Of a stretch of 64,000 bases of DNA, positions 53,354 to 64,000 are shown in pieces. Position numbers and translations under genes: made by a program. Source of the DNA: Thecamonas trahens ATCC 50062. Lineage: Eukaryota > Protista > Apusomonadida. The notes below the pieces were generated by a model, which saw only the letters and a list, made by a program, of their open reading frames with translations, was not told the DNA's origin and did not search any database. Position 1 is the stretch's first letter; every line of letters starts with the position of its first letter. The stretch is taken from positions 64,657 through 128,656 of the forward strand of contig NW_013657679.1 in the NCBI RefSeq assembly GCF_000142905.1, written 5' to 3'.

Positions 53354-54519
53354 TTATGTGGCGGTGCCGAGGACCTCGGCAACCTTGCTCTGCAGGGCGC
53401 GGATGTTGGCGTTGAGCTCGTCGTCATCGTCATCGTCGTCGTCATCGTCGTTGTCGTCGTCCACCACAGGCCGGCTCGCCTCGAGCAACTGCGCTTCCAG
53501 CTCCAAGTTGGCAGCGCGGAGATCGTCGTTCTGGGTGCGGAGATTGGCAAGCTGGGCCTCGAGCTCGGTAATCAGATTCTGCGAGTCTCCGCCCTTGGCA
53601 GCCGCCTTGACTGCCTTCTCCAACTGCCGGATCCGCTGCTGCTGGATAAAGATCTCCTGCTGGAGCACGGTAGCCCGCTTGTCCTTGGCCGCGATGGCGG
53701 CCTCGAGCTCGGCCACACGCTGCTGCTCGCGGGCGACGCTGGCGGCGTTGGCCGCGGTGGCACTTGTTGCAGCACGCTCGGCCTCCCACGCCGCCTTTTC
53801 ATCGCGAAGCTGCGCAATGATCTCGGTCGACGCGTCGCGGTGGGCCACAAGGACGCCGACGCGCTCCTGGAGCGACACATTGGTTTCAAGCGCATCATCG
53901 AGCTCGGCCCGAAGAGCTTCAACGCCTTCCGCCTCAAACTGGGTGCGATACCTGGCGATGACATGGACCATGTGCGAGTTCTTGGTCTGCAGCGCACAGA
54001 GCTTGGCCTCGGCCTCGGCCAAGCGGGCCTCGAGCAATGCCCGCGGCTTTTCTGTCTCACACCCGATGAGCGTGCTGATACGGGAGACCTGAACAGCCAG
54101 ACTCTCCCGATGCCGCCCCGCCTCCTGCATCACCCTTCCTGCCGTTGCCTGGGCCTTCAGCTGCGCTATCTCCTCCCGCAACGCGACAATGATGGCCTGA
54201 TCCTCTGCCCGCAGCCGCACCGCCCTCGACGCCTGCTCATCAAACCGCTGCACCACCCGGCTTACTTGCTCCAGCTACACCCACCCCCGCCCCCATCCAT
54301 CCACTCCACACAATCCGTGAGTCACATCCATGCCAATCGTATCCTGTCGCCCTCCGTCGCCCTCCTCCGTCCCCTCCCCTCCCCTCCCCCCCTCCCCCCC
54401 CACCCTTCCTCACACCACGGGCACCCCCTCAATCGCATCCCTACCTTGGTCTGGAGCATGTTCTTCTCCAAAAGCGCACGGTTGAGCGCTTGCTCCAACT
54501 CTGCCTGGGTGGTGGCCAT
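53354..54519 (-). CDS. Coiled-coil protein; exons 54519-54445 and 54274-53354
   Basis: GT-AG intron 54444-54275 joins MATTQAELEQALNRALLEKNMLQTK in frame to a long heptad-rich ORF. Confidence 0.7.
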
Positions 54520-54868
54520 GACCAGCAGCCGCCAGTTGGGTGTGTCTCTGTGGTGGTGGCAGTGTGCGGTCGGGCTGTGGTTAGTCTGTGTGGTTAGTCT
54601 GTGAACAGCTTGCTGTAGCCAGCGGTGGGCAGCCGCACGTGAGCCAAGATCAAGCCAGGGGGATAGACTGCCACGCAATGGATATGAGACCTACTCTTGC
54701 TGGGGTAGTAGCACCCTCTCTATCATCGTTGGTCGTTTGTACACTTGCGATCAACTCGGAGGGTGTGTCGGGCAAAGCCACGTTGAGGCCACGGGTGTGC
54801 GCGCGCATGATGGGGGGGGGGGGCGATCAGGAGAGAAAGGTGCGTGTTCATGTCGTCAACACATCAGA

Positions 54869-55771
54869 TTAGCTGACAGAGACCAAGAACCGGAGATCAA
54901 TGGTCTGGTCAGAGAGCTGGGTACGGGTGTAGGTCGCGGACGAGAGCGAGACGGCGTACAGGGTCTTGTTCGGGTCGGTGCACACAAGGTACATGTTGCC
55001 AGAGGCAATGTCGTAGGTGGCATCGGCGGAGCAGCCGTATCCGTAGTCAATCTCGGTGAGCTCGACGACCTTGGTGACCTTGAGAGGGTTTGAGAGTGAG
55101 AACTTGGCGACGTAGGCGTTGGTCGACTCGGTGGCCATGACGACGCCGTAGTATCCGTTGTTGCGCCAGTTGAAGACCAGCGAGGTGATGAACATGTCCT
55201 GATCAGGCGAGTAAATGCGTGACGGGTAGCCGCCACGGTACATGTTGGTGCCATCGGAGAGAATGAAAACGTTGTTCGCCGAGTCCCACGTCGAAGAGAC
55301 GATGCCCTGCCCAGCAAAGACAGGCATGGATCCAGAGGCGCCGATGGTGCCATCCGAGAGATCGACGGTGCCAAAGGTCATGTTCTTGCCATCGATAGCC
55401 AGGTACGATCCCGGGCCGCCACCGCTAGCCGGCTCCGAGACAAGAACCACGTTGTCGGGCGGGGTAAAGCGGGTCGTGGTCGATCCAGTGCAGGTGCCCG
55501 ATGAGGTGATCTCCACCAGCGCGAGCTCATGGTTGAAGCTCACATACGCCAGTTCGGTCGAGTACGCGCCAGGAACAAGGCCAGCAAAGGGGAGACCAGG
55601 AATGTCGCACGCCGAGTCGATATCACCCGTGTCAGGCTCGATGACCACCAGCGACGACGACGTCGTCGACGAGCTGTTGGACACTCCGGCAAACAGAATG
55701 CCACCGTGGGCAGGACACGCGAGGAGCAGCGAACAGACAAGGGCCACGACAACAACTGGAGTATGATACAT
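54869..55771 (-). CDS. Secreted beta-rich (propeller-like) hypothetical protein
   Basis: Signal peptide VVVVALVCSLLLACPAHG; repeated 'V(I/D)xxxG' beta-blade-like motifs. Confidence 0.65.
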   Translation of the reverse strand: MYHTPVVVVALVCSLLLACPAHGGILFAGVSNSSSTTSSSLVVIEPDTGDIDSACDIPGLPFAGLVPGAYSTELAYVSFNHELALVEITSSGTCTGSTTTRFTPPDNVVLVSEPASGGGPGSYLAIDGKNMTFGTVDLSDGTIGASGSMPVFAGQGIVSSTWDSANNVFILSDGTNMYRGGYPSRIYSPDQDMFITSLVFNWRNNGYYGVVMATESTNAYVAKFSLSNPLKVTKVVELTEIDYGYGCSADATYDIASGNMYLVCTDPNKTLYAVSLSSATYTRTQLSDQTIDLRFLVSVS

Positions 55772-55986
55772 GATGGGGTGAGAGTGGTGTGTGGAGAGCA
55801 AGGTGGAGGTGGAGAGAGACAAAGGAGTGAGAGCTCTGCTGCTGGCATCTGTTTTTTCCCACTGGAGCAATCGAAGATTCCTCGACCGACATGCTGGGCG
55901 TGGTGTTTGTCCTGCTGGCGTGCGCATGCAAAGGGCTCTGCTGCTTTGGCTCCACCAAAGTGCGGCATGGCATGGTGTATCATCTG

Positions 55987-58349
55987 CTATTCATCGTCGT
56001 CGACAAGGATGACCAGGACGTCACCGGCGGCAACGAGCTGGCCGGGGTTGACAAGCACGGCATCAACGATGGCGGCTTCGGCAGTGGCAAGCACCTTGGT
56101 CTGCATCTTCATCGACTCGATGACGACGAGGGTGTCTCCGGCAAATACGGTGTCGCCTGGTGCCACGCCGACAGAGACGATCTTGCATGGCATGGGCGCC
56201 CGCGGGGTGAGATCGCGCCCACTGCTGCTGCCAGACCCCGTGCTGGCGTAGCCCTTGGAGCTGGCAAACCGGGAAACGAGCTCGACTCCCATTCCCGAGG
56301 ACTGCGGCGAGAGGCTCGGCGAGTGGACGAAGACTCGCATGCCCTCTGCGTCGGGTGCATCAGCCGCAATGCCCGCGTGGCAGGTGTACCACGCGCTTGC
56401 ACCGTCAATGGCCAGACGCATGCGGTAATCGCCGTCGAGCTCGCCGAGCAGTACGTCAAAGACCAGCTCGCCGTCGGCGCCGACCAGGGCCCCCGGGAGC
56501 GAGAGCTCAAACGCCTGCGGCGCCAGCGTTGCCGGTGCGGACGCGCCCGTCTCGTGGACCGCGCGGTATGTCGCTGCAATCGGAGCGCCACCGCCGGGCA
56601 GAGCAATCAGCTGCTTCTGGGTGCGGGTACGGGCAGTATTACACCAGCCGGAGGGGATATGGCGGAGAAGGTGCGGCCGCGGGGCCGACGGCGATGCCCG
56701 TGCCCGCGCCCGCACCACCCATCCGTACACCAATGCGGCAATGGCAAGGCGCGGGGTGTCGGTCGCGCGCGCTGCCGCGTCTGCGGCCACCAGCGCTGCT
56801 GCCGGCGTGTGGGTCGGGATGAACGACGTGAGCGTTTCGCCAGCGGCAAAGGCCGCGTGGCCGACAATAGCGTCGAGAAACGCGATGTTGGTTGTCACCC
56901 CGAGCACCGCGGTGTGGGCGAGCGCGGTCCGCATGGCGCGAATGGCTTCCATCCGGTTGCGACCACTCACCGTCAGCTTGGCCACCATGGGGTCGTAGAA
57001 GACCGAGATGGCGTGACCGGTGGCAATGCCGGCGTCGACGCGGACGCCCGGCGGCGAGGTTGGCGGCACAAAGAGGTCGACGCGGCCGGTGCACGGGAGA
57101 AAGTTGTTGAGCGGGTCCTCGGCGTAGACCCGGACCTCGATGGCTGCTCCCAGCGGTGGCGGCTCGCACCTGTCCGCGCTCTCCTGGTCGACAGCCCACG
57201 GACAGTGCGCAAGAAGCGAGGGCAGCGCCTCGCCTTGGGCGACGGCAATCTGAAGCGCAACCAAATCTAGGCCAGTTACGGCTTCGGTAACCGCGTGCTC
57301 GACTTGGAGCCGGGTGTTCATCTCCAGAAAGTAGAACGGAGGCAGCACGTCCGACTCGGAATCCTCAAATCCGAGGTGCGGCGGAGAAGCGTCGACGATA
57401 AACTCCACGGTGCCTGCACCGACGTAGGCGACGGCGCGGGCAATGGCAATGGCAGCGGCACCCATGACGGCACGCAGCCGCGGGCCGAGCGCCGGCGACG
57501 GGGCCTCCTCGACCACTTTTTGGTGCCGTCGCTGGACCGAACACTCGCGCTCAAACATATGGACCACGTTGCCGTGGGCATCGCCAAAGACCTGGAACTC
57601 GACGTGGCGCACAGAGTCAAAGTACCGTTCCAGCAGCAGAGAGTCATCGCCAAACGAGGCCGCGGCCTCAGCCTTGGCCGACGCGATGGCGCCTTCCAGC
57701 TCGGCCAGATCGCGGACAACTCGCATGCCCTTGCCGCCGCCGCCCGCCGAGGCCTTGACCAGAAGAGGCGTACCAATGTCTGCAGCGGCAGCCACAAGGG
57801 CTGGGACTGACTGATCAGCACCTGCGTAGCCCGGGATGACTGGCACGCCGTCGGCGGTGGCGGTGAGCAGATTCTTGGCGCCGATTTTGGAGCCCATGGC
57901 GTCCATCGCTTCAGGCGATGGGCCGATAAAGACCAGGCCAGCCTCGCCCACCGCCCGTGCAAACTCGGCTCGTTCTGAGAGGAAGCCATAGCCCGGATGC
58001 ACGGCATCACACCTTGTTGCCCGAGCAGCGTCGATGAGAGCATCGACCACCAGATACGAGTCGATCGCCGGCGGCGGGCCGATGAACACTGCCTCGTCTG
58101 CTGCTGCCACATGCAGAGCATCGGCATCTGCCTCTGAATACACCGCAACAGTGGCAATACCCAGCTACAAACAATCATGGTCTCAGTGACAGTGAGTGGG
58201 ATGCACGAGCAGGGAAGCAGGTCCGGGGTGGGGTGGGGGGGTGGGTGGTTAGGGGTGGGGGGGAGGCTTCTGCATACCTTGCGACAGGTACCGATGATAC
58301 GGAGGGCGACTTCCCCTCGGTTGGCCACCAGGACCTTTGAGATGATCAT
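55987..58349 (-). CDS. Biotin-dependent acyl-CoA carboxylase alpha subunit (BC + BT + BCCP; MCC/PCC/GCC type); exons 58349-58278 and 58164-55987
   Basis: KVLVANRGEVA, HPGYGFLSE, GGGGKGMR, RECSVQRRHQK, EMNTRLQVEH, biotinyl ESMKM; intron 58277-58165. Confidence 0.93.
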
Positions 58350-58567
58350 TGTAAAAGTATATGTATGTGTGTGTGGTGGTGGTGGTGGTAGGGGGGGGGG
58401 GTGTAGTGGTGTTGGTTGGGCTGGGGTGAGTTGATTGGTCTCGATCGGGCACGCGTGCGGAGTGGAGTCGGTGGTGTCACGGTAGATGTGAGGGGAAAGG
58501 GGGGGGGAGGGGGAGGGGGCAGGGGGAGGGGGTGCTTGGGGAATGAGGGATGAGGGATGAGGGATGG

Positions 58568-60046
58568 TTAGACTTGAAGATACTCGGCATCAGCATCGGG
58601 AGGAAGGTGCTTGACGCGATGGCGTGGGTAGTCGCGTGGGACGCACTTGCCGTGGCGGTTGTAGCCGGTGGGGCGGGCGTGGGTGAGGAGGCGGCCGAGG
58701 ATAGGGACCTTGAAGATGAGAAAGTGGACGGAGAGGAGGCCGTAGAGGGTTTTGGTCCAGTAGATGGTCGACTTGAGGCGCCAGTTGGAAGAGAGACCCT
58801 CTGCGGCGATCGAGGTGCGGCGGTCGTGGTCGTCGAGGGCGGCCCAGACGATGACGGAGAAGCAGACGAGAAAGACGAAGGCATCGAGGATGACAAAGGC
58901 GCGCAAGCGTCCGCCGCGGCCAGCGTACCTTGGCTTGCCGCAGCACGAGCCGACGATGCGGCCTGGGCTGTGCGGATCGACGGCCGAGGCGTCGCCGGAG
59001 CGTGAGCCGTCATCGGACGACGGCGTGCCGTGGCGGGCGTGGAAGGCATAGACTTCGTCGGGCGAGAGGATGCCGTTGCCGTCGACGTCGTACTGGGCAT
59101 GGGCCGAGGAGAGGACCTCCAGCGAGGTCCCGCCCTTCTTCTCGGACCGCGGGAGGAGGGCGGCGGCGAGCCAGACCATGACGACTTGCAAGAGAAAGAA
59201 GCCGGCCTCCCACAGCGGGAGGGTGGGCCCGGTCTTGGCGCACTCGTTGACGGCTGGAGAGTCTGGGCCGGTGGTGCAGAGGTAGTAGAGGACGGCACCG
59301 TAGCAGGCCGGGAACAGGCCACCGGTGATAAACTGGACGCCCTTGAAGGAGAGGATAAAGTCGACGAGCTGGAACTCGTCCGAGTGGTCGATGGCGAGGA
59401 GGACGGCAAGATAGAAGGCCTGCGGGACGCCAAAGAGTGGAAATACAGAGGCGAGGGTGAGGAGGAGGAAGAGCGGGTTGCGGAGACGGCGCCAGAGCGA
59501 TCGATCATAGGGTCGGAGTGTGTAGAGAAACCCAGCACGGAGCCAAGCGAGCGGACCCGGCCAACCACAGCACGGCGGAGGACGACCATGATCAACAGGC
59601 ACCTTTGCCACGGCCATCTTGTCCAGGACAGCGCCCATGACCTCGATCTTGACGTCTGGCCAGATGTCATCAATGGTGGCATCGACAGCTCTCTGCACAA
59701 CAGCAGGCATGTACGGATCCTTGGCCCGGGCCTTGACGGCTTCCCCCGCAGCATCCAGAGCTCTAGAGACACGTGCCTCCAGCAGGAGTGCCACACGAGT
59801 CTTGATCCGAGCCAGAGCGTTGGCACNNNNNNNNNNNNNNNNNNNNNNNNNNNNNNNNNNNNNNNNNNNNNNNNNNNNNNNNNNNNNNNNNNNNNNNNNN
59901 NNNNNNNNNNNNNNNNNNNNNNNNNNGCCCCCCCCCCCCCACCCACCACACACACCGGCCAGGAGGCCAGCCTTGTCAGCCAGGCGTAGTCCTCCCGGCA
60001 TGGTATGGCTCTGATATGACTCTAGTGTGGCCCTCGACCTCGGCAT
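58568..60046 (-). CDS. Multi-pass membrane protein with a canonical EF-hand loop; interrupted by the gap
   Basis: Six or more hydrophobic helices; DVDGNGILSPDE; probable first exon from 60046 to about 59955. Confidence 0.7.
   Translation of the reverse strand: MPRSRATLESYQSHTMPGGLRLADKAGLLAGVCGGWGGGGXXXXXXXXXXXXXXXXXXXXXXXXXXXXXXXXXXANALARIKTRVALLLEARVSRALDAAGEAVKARAKDPYMPAVVQRAVDATIDDIWPDVKIEVMGAVLDKMAVAKVPVDHGRPPPCCGWPGPLAWLRAGFLYTLRPYDRSLWRRLRNPLFLLLTLASVFPLFGVPQAFYLAVLLAIDHSDEFQLVDFILSFKGVQFITGGLFPACYGAVLYYLCTTGPDSPAVNECAKTGPTLPLWEAGFFLLQVVMVWLAAALLPRSEKKGGTSLEVLSSAHAQYDVDGNGILSPDEVYAFHARHGTPSSDDGSRSGDASAVDPHSPGRIVGSCCGKPRYAGRGGRLRAFVILDAFVFLVCFSVIVWAALDDHDRRTSIAAEGLSSNWRLKSTIYWTKTLYGLLSVHFLIFKVPILGRLLTHARPTGYNRHGKCVPRDYPRHRVKHLPPDADAEYLQV
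59827..59926. other. Assembly gap (100 N)
   Basis: N run. Confidence 1.
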
Positions 60047-60152
60047 TTCTCATGCTTATTTGATCCTTTCCCCTCTTCTCTGTCTTCCCAGAGATCACTA
60101 TGGTGATGCTACCGATAGCGATGGCGACGACGATGATGGTGATGGCAATGAC

Positions 60153-60188
<36 letters not shown>

Positions 60189-60419
60189 CTCCATCACTAT
60201 CATTCACTCTATCTGCTACGTCTGGCCAATGGTTATGATTGTGACTCTGCAGGCGATGGAGGACTTGGGAGCGGAAGAGGGTGTCTGGGCGGCCGAGAGT
60301 CACCCAAGCCAATACAGGGTGGGGGAGGAGGGGAGGATGCGGGGAGGACCAGAACAAAGGCACGCACTCGTCCCCAGCACAGAGGCTGATAGGTAGTGGT
60401 GAGAGGGAGCTGTGCGAGG

Positions 60420-61661
60420 ATGGCAAGTGAATGTGGGCTGGGAAGCGTGCCTCTATCGGTGGTTGGCCATGGTGTGTGGTGGGCGACGCGGCAGAGGTTG
60501 AGCAGCTCGACGGTGCACGGCGGCAAGTTGGAGTGCGATGGGCTTGATAGGGGATGGCAGGCTGGGAGGCGGCGGCAGGCGGCCAGCGTACGCGAGGCTG
60601 CTGCGAGTAGCGCTGGCGATGATGGTGGGGAAAAGGATCCGCTGACCTTTGGCGGTGTGCGGCTCAAGGCGGTGCTGGCGGGGATGTTCTCGGGCATGGC
60701 GGGAACGGCCATGGGTCAGCCGATGGACATGATCAAGGTCCGGCTGCAGACGCAGGCGCACATGTATACCGGAGCGATGGACGCATTGCGGACGATTGTG
60801 CGACAGGAGGGCTGGCTGGCGCTGTACAAGGGCATGCTTCCGCCGATGGTCTCGATGGTGGTGACGTGCTCCATCTCGTTTGGCACCTACGATGCCATCA
60901 AGCACTTTCTCCTCGCCAACTTTCCGCATCTCACCTCGCCGGAGCGACCCGAGTGGCCGGCAGCCAAGATGTACTTTCTCGCCGGTGGCCTGACCGCGCT
61001 CATGCTCACCCCGGTGACGACGCCGTCGGAGCTGGTCAAGATCCGCGCCCAGCTCGACAACGTCGGCAAGAACCGGTTCTCCAACTCGGTCCAGGTCCTG
61101 CAGCACGTTGTCCGCAAGCACGGCGCCTCGGCGCTATACACGGGATACTCGGTCAACGCACTGCGCGAGATCATGTTTGTCTCGATCTACTTTGGCGTCT
61201 ACGAGGTGGCTAAGCGCAACCTGCAGATGCGGCTGGCGGGCTCGCTCGACGTCGATGACGCCGCCTCGCCGCTCCTCCTGCGGATCGCCATTCCCTTTGC
61301 CGGCGGCGCTGCCGGCGCCTTTGCTTGGACAGCTTCCTTCCCGCTCGACGTTCTCAAGTCGGACATCCAGTCATCGCGCCTCACTCCGCGCCCGAGCTTT
61401 GCCGCAATGACCTCGATGGTCCGCCGGCGCTGGGTCCGTCTCGGCTGGCGCGGCTTTTACCGCGGCGCCACAACCTCGATCATGCGTGCCTTTCTGGTCT
61501 CCTCCACCCGCTTCTCCGCCTACGAATTTGCTGTCTCGGTCCTCACCAAGGTATTTGCTCCGCATCTCCACCCTGACTTTGACGATGACAACATCCTCGT
61601 CGCCTCGGAGAGCGATGGCCATGACCATGACGTCGGCCGACGCATGGAAAAGACTCCGTGA
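60420..61661 (+). CDS. Mitochondrial carrier (SLC25, carnitine/basic amino acid clade); start uncertain
   Basis: Three signature motifs PMDMIKVRLQ, PSELVKIRAQ, PLDVLKSDIQ; LYKG, LYTG, FYRG. Confidence 0.9.
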   Translation: MASECGLGSVPLSVVGHGVWWATRQRLSSSTVHGGKLECDGLDRGWQAGRRRQAASVREAAASSAGDDGGEKDPLTFGGVRLKAVLAGMFSGMAGTAMGQPMDMIKVRLQTQAHMYTGAMDALRTIVRQEGWLALYKGMLPPMVSMVVTCSISFGTYDAIKHFLLANFPHLTSPERPEWPAAKMYFLAGGLTALMLTPVTTPSELVKIRAQLDNVGKNRFSNSVQVLQHVVRKHGASALYTGYSVNALREIMFVSIYFGVYEVAKRNLQMRLAGSLDVDDAASPLLLRIAIPFAGGAAGAFAWTASFPLDVLKSDIQSSRLTPRPSFAAMTSMVRRRWVRLGWRGFYRGATTSIMRAFLVSSTRFSAYEFAVSVLTKVFAPHLHPDFDDDNILVASESDGHDHDVGRRMEKTP

Positions 61662-61883
61662 TCGGAAAGGCTATGTAACAAGTACCACAATGAACAATGA
61701 ACCCACTCTAGTTTGATTCTCGAGAGCACCGCCGTCCCATCGTTCCTGCCTCGGAACCAATCGCTCGTCCGCCGCTCCTCTCCCGTCGTCCCATCGCCGC
61801 GCGTCATCGCAGCACCCCCCCCTCCCCCCTCTCACTCTGCCACAGGCATCCCCCAGCGCAACCACTCAACTCTACCCATCCCC

Positions 61884-62906
61884 ATGCTCCGACTGGCACG
61901 GGGCTCTGCTGCACAGGCTGTATCCGCAGGCGCCTGCCTCCCGCTGGTGGCGGCAGCAACCACCACCGCTGCGAGCACTATGTCGGCGGCAGCGTCGTCG
62001 CCGCCGTCGTCGTCGTCTCACACGCCCGATGGGGACGAGGGTGACGTGGCGGCACCGGCACACCGGGTGGCCATGGTTGGGCTGGGCAATCCGGGGCGAT
62101 CGTATGCGTACACGCGGCACAACGCGGGAGCGACAGTGCTGGCGGCGCTGGTGGCAAAGTACCTCGAGCCGGCGCATGGAGTCCGATCGGCGCCCGAGTG
62201 CTGGCGCGGAGGAGTCGAGGCCGAGGCCAGCGCAGGCGGAAAGGCCAATCTGCTCTCTGCCACGGTCCAGTGCTACGAAGCGATGTTTGAGGCGCCGATG
62301 AGCGGGTTGACTCGTGAGCCGTGGGATGCCATTGACGTGCTGTCGGTGCGAGCGGCGGCGGCGACACGCGAGCACGGAGTCAGCCACCCGACCGCCCATG
62401 CTGCGCTCATCTTTCCGCACACCTACATGAACCGGTCGGGCATTGCAGTGGCGCAGTTTGCCGACGCATATGGGCTCGAGCTTGGCCCGGAGGGCTCGGA
62501 CCTGCTTCTGGTCTGCTATGACGACCTCAATCTCCCGCTCGGTGCTCTCAAGCTCGTCTCCAAGCGGACCCGCAAGGGCGAGAAGAAGATTCCGCACAAT
62601 GGCCTCCGCTCGGTCTGCTCCAAGCTCCCAGACGGCTCGCTCGTCGCCCGTCTCCGCATCGGCATCGGACGGCCGACTGACGGCACGCCCGTCACCGACT
62701 TTGTCCTCTCCGAGTTTGACTCTTCAGAGCGCAAGGCGCTGCACGCTGTTGCCTCGTTTGCCACTCACGTCATCCGCGTCCTCCTTCACCGCGGCGTCGA
62801 CCGCGCCGCCAACATCGCCAACAACTACACAGCCTCGGAGTTTGCCTCGGCCTACGCCCGTGCCATCTCGCAGCGCGCCGCCGAGTCGCTCCTCCCGCAG
62901 GCATGA
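61884..62906 (+). CDS. PTH1: Peptidyl-tRNA hydrolase, bacterial-type Pth1 (mitochondrial)
   Basis: VGLGNPG..YAYTRHNAG, PHTYMNRSG, YDDL, HNGLRS, RLRIGIGRP, DFVLSEF. Confidence 0.93.
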   Translation: MLRLARGSAAQAVSAGACLPLVAAATTTAASTMSAAASSPPSSSSHTPDGDEGDVAAPAHRVAMVGLGNPGRSYAYTRHNAGATVLAALVAKYLEPAHGVRSAPECWRGGVEAEASAGGKANLLSATVQCYEAMFEAPMSGLTREPWDAIDVLSVRAAAATREHGVSHPTAHAALIFPHTYMNRSGIAVAQFADAYGLELGPEGSDLLLVCYDDLNLPLGALKLVSKRTRKGEKKIPHNGLRSVCSKLPDGSLVARLRIGIGRPTDGTPVTDFVLSEFDSSERKALHAVASFATHVIRVLLHRGVDRAANIANNYTASEFASAYARAISQRAAESLLPQA

Positions 62907-63289
62907 CTTTTTGTTCCGGCCAGCATCAGACTCTGCCTGATGAGACTCGACGACGCGCGGGTGGGTTGCCAACGCTCGAGGGCGTTGCATATGCAAGAGT
63001 TGCTCTTGGCCGACGGATCCGGAACGGATTTGGAGTTGGTGGACAGTGTCGCCTCGCGAGTCGGCAGCGGCAAAACGGCTCGCGACCACACGATAGCGAG
63101 CAAAGCACAGCAGTGGGTAGGCACGTGACCGCAATCGGACGGGAAGGGGAGGGGGGGGGGGCGGAAAAAGGGCCGTCACGATCAAACGACGACATTGCTT
63201 GGCCTCGTCACGCCCTTCCACTTCCACCCACACCCACACGTATGTAACACGGCCACAGCCACGGCACACTTCTCCCCAACATTACTCCC

Positions 63290-64000
63290 ATGAAGGTCAC
63301 ACTCATGTACGTACTTTTGTGCACCGCTATGCTACCGCCCCGCCCTCCTTCCCCCTGTCCACCCTGCACTTACCTCCCTCGGCGACCGCAGCATGGTGAT
63401 TGTCGTGGCAGCGGCTGTGGTGGTCAACGCGACGGGCAACTTTGGGCATGCCCGCAACTTTGCTCTGTTCAAGGAGACGTACAAGCGGCAGTACGCAAGC
63501 AGCAAGGCTGAGGCAGCAGCGTTTGAGGTGTTTAAGACGAACGCGGAGAAGGCTGCCAAGCTGGAAGCTGCCAACAAGGCAGCGGGCGGCGATGCCAAGT
63601 TTGGCATGTCGCCGTTCATGGATCTGACGGAGAATGAGTTCAAGGCGCGGTACCTGATGCCCAAGGGTGCGGTTGAGGGCGGCGCTGCGGAGCTGCCTGT
63701 CCTTCGTGCCAGCAACGTGGGCGCACTGCCCAAGGCGTACGACTGGCGCGACCACAAGCCTGCGGTGATCACGCCTGTGAAGAACCAGGGCCAGTGCGGG
63801 TCGTGCTGGGCATTCTCTGCCGTCTCCGAGGTCGAGTCGATGTGGGCCCTGGCTGGACACGAGCTGGTGGTGCTCTCCGAGCAGCAGGTTGTTGACTGCG
63901 ACACTACGGACGACGGATGCAATGGTGGCGACACCATTTCGGCGTACCACTACATCGAGAAGGCCGGCGGGCTTGTGCCGGAGAAGGACTACCCGTACAC
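63290..64000 (+). CDS. Papain-family (C1A) cysteine protease with I29 propeptide, 3' partial; exons 63290-63306 and 63392 onward
   Basis: Intron 63307-63391 gives signal MKVTLIMVIVVAAAVVVNA; FMDLTENEF; LPKAYDWR, PVKNQGQCGSCWAF, LSEQQVVDCD, GCNGG. Confidence 0.95.

Noticed and set aside
60027-60389. Poly-Asp ORF
   Set aside because: Driven by a (GAT)n microsatellite in a divergent intergenic region; no other coding support

Overview
GC-rich, gene-dense, intron-poor eukaryotic nuclear DNA from a protist. The style suggests an apusomonad such as Thecamonas trahens, but that is inference only. About 35 protein-coding genes are supported. They include an ankyrin-TKL kinase-TIR protein, mitochondrial Met-tRNA formyltransferase, a hybrid histidine kinase, bL36m, a 4xLIM protein, DUF899, a WD40 protein, sulfite oxidase, a SPIDR-like protein, ERp18, MCU, eEF2, DNA ligase III with an internal macro-like domain, a tandem RasGAP, Med9-like, a retropepsin-like/C2H2/DEDDy exonuclease fusion, RPA34-like, Ind1/NUBPL, SENP8, RAD9, PIGA, a biotin carboxylase alpha subunit, an SLC25 carrier, PTH1 and a papain protease. 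There are two 100-N gaps, many microsatellites and eight apparent single-base frameshifts, most likely homopolymer sequencing errors. The most interesting leads are the ANK-kinase-TIR protein with a retained catalytic Glu, the unusual exonuclease and ligase architectures, a protein built from SHOCT-like repeats, a repeat array bracketed by 57-bp direct repeats, a structured element plus RFX X-box in the SENP8/RAD9 promoter, and near-zero spacing between convergent genes. All family calls come from motif recognition by eye; no searches were run.
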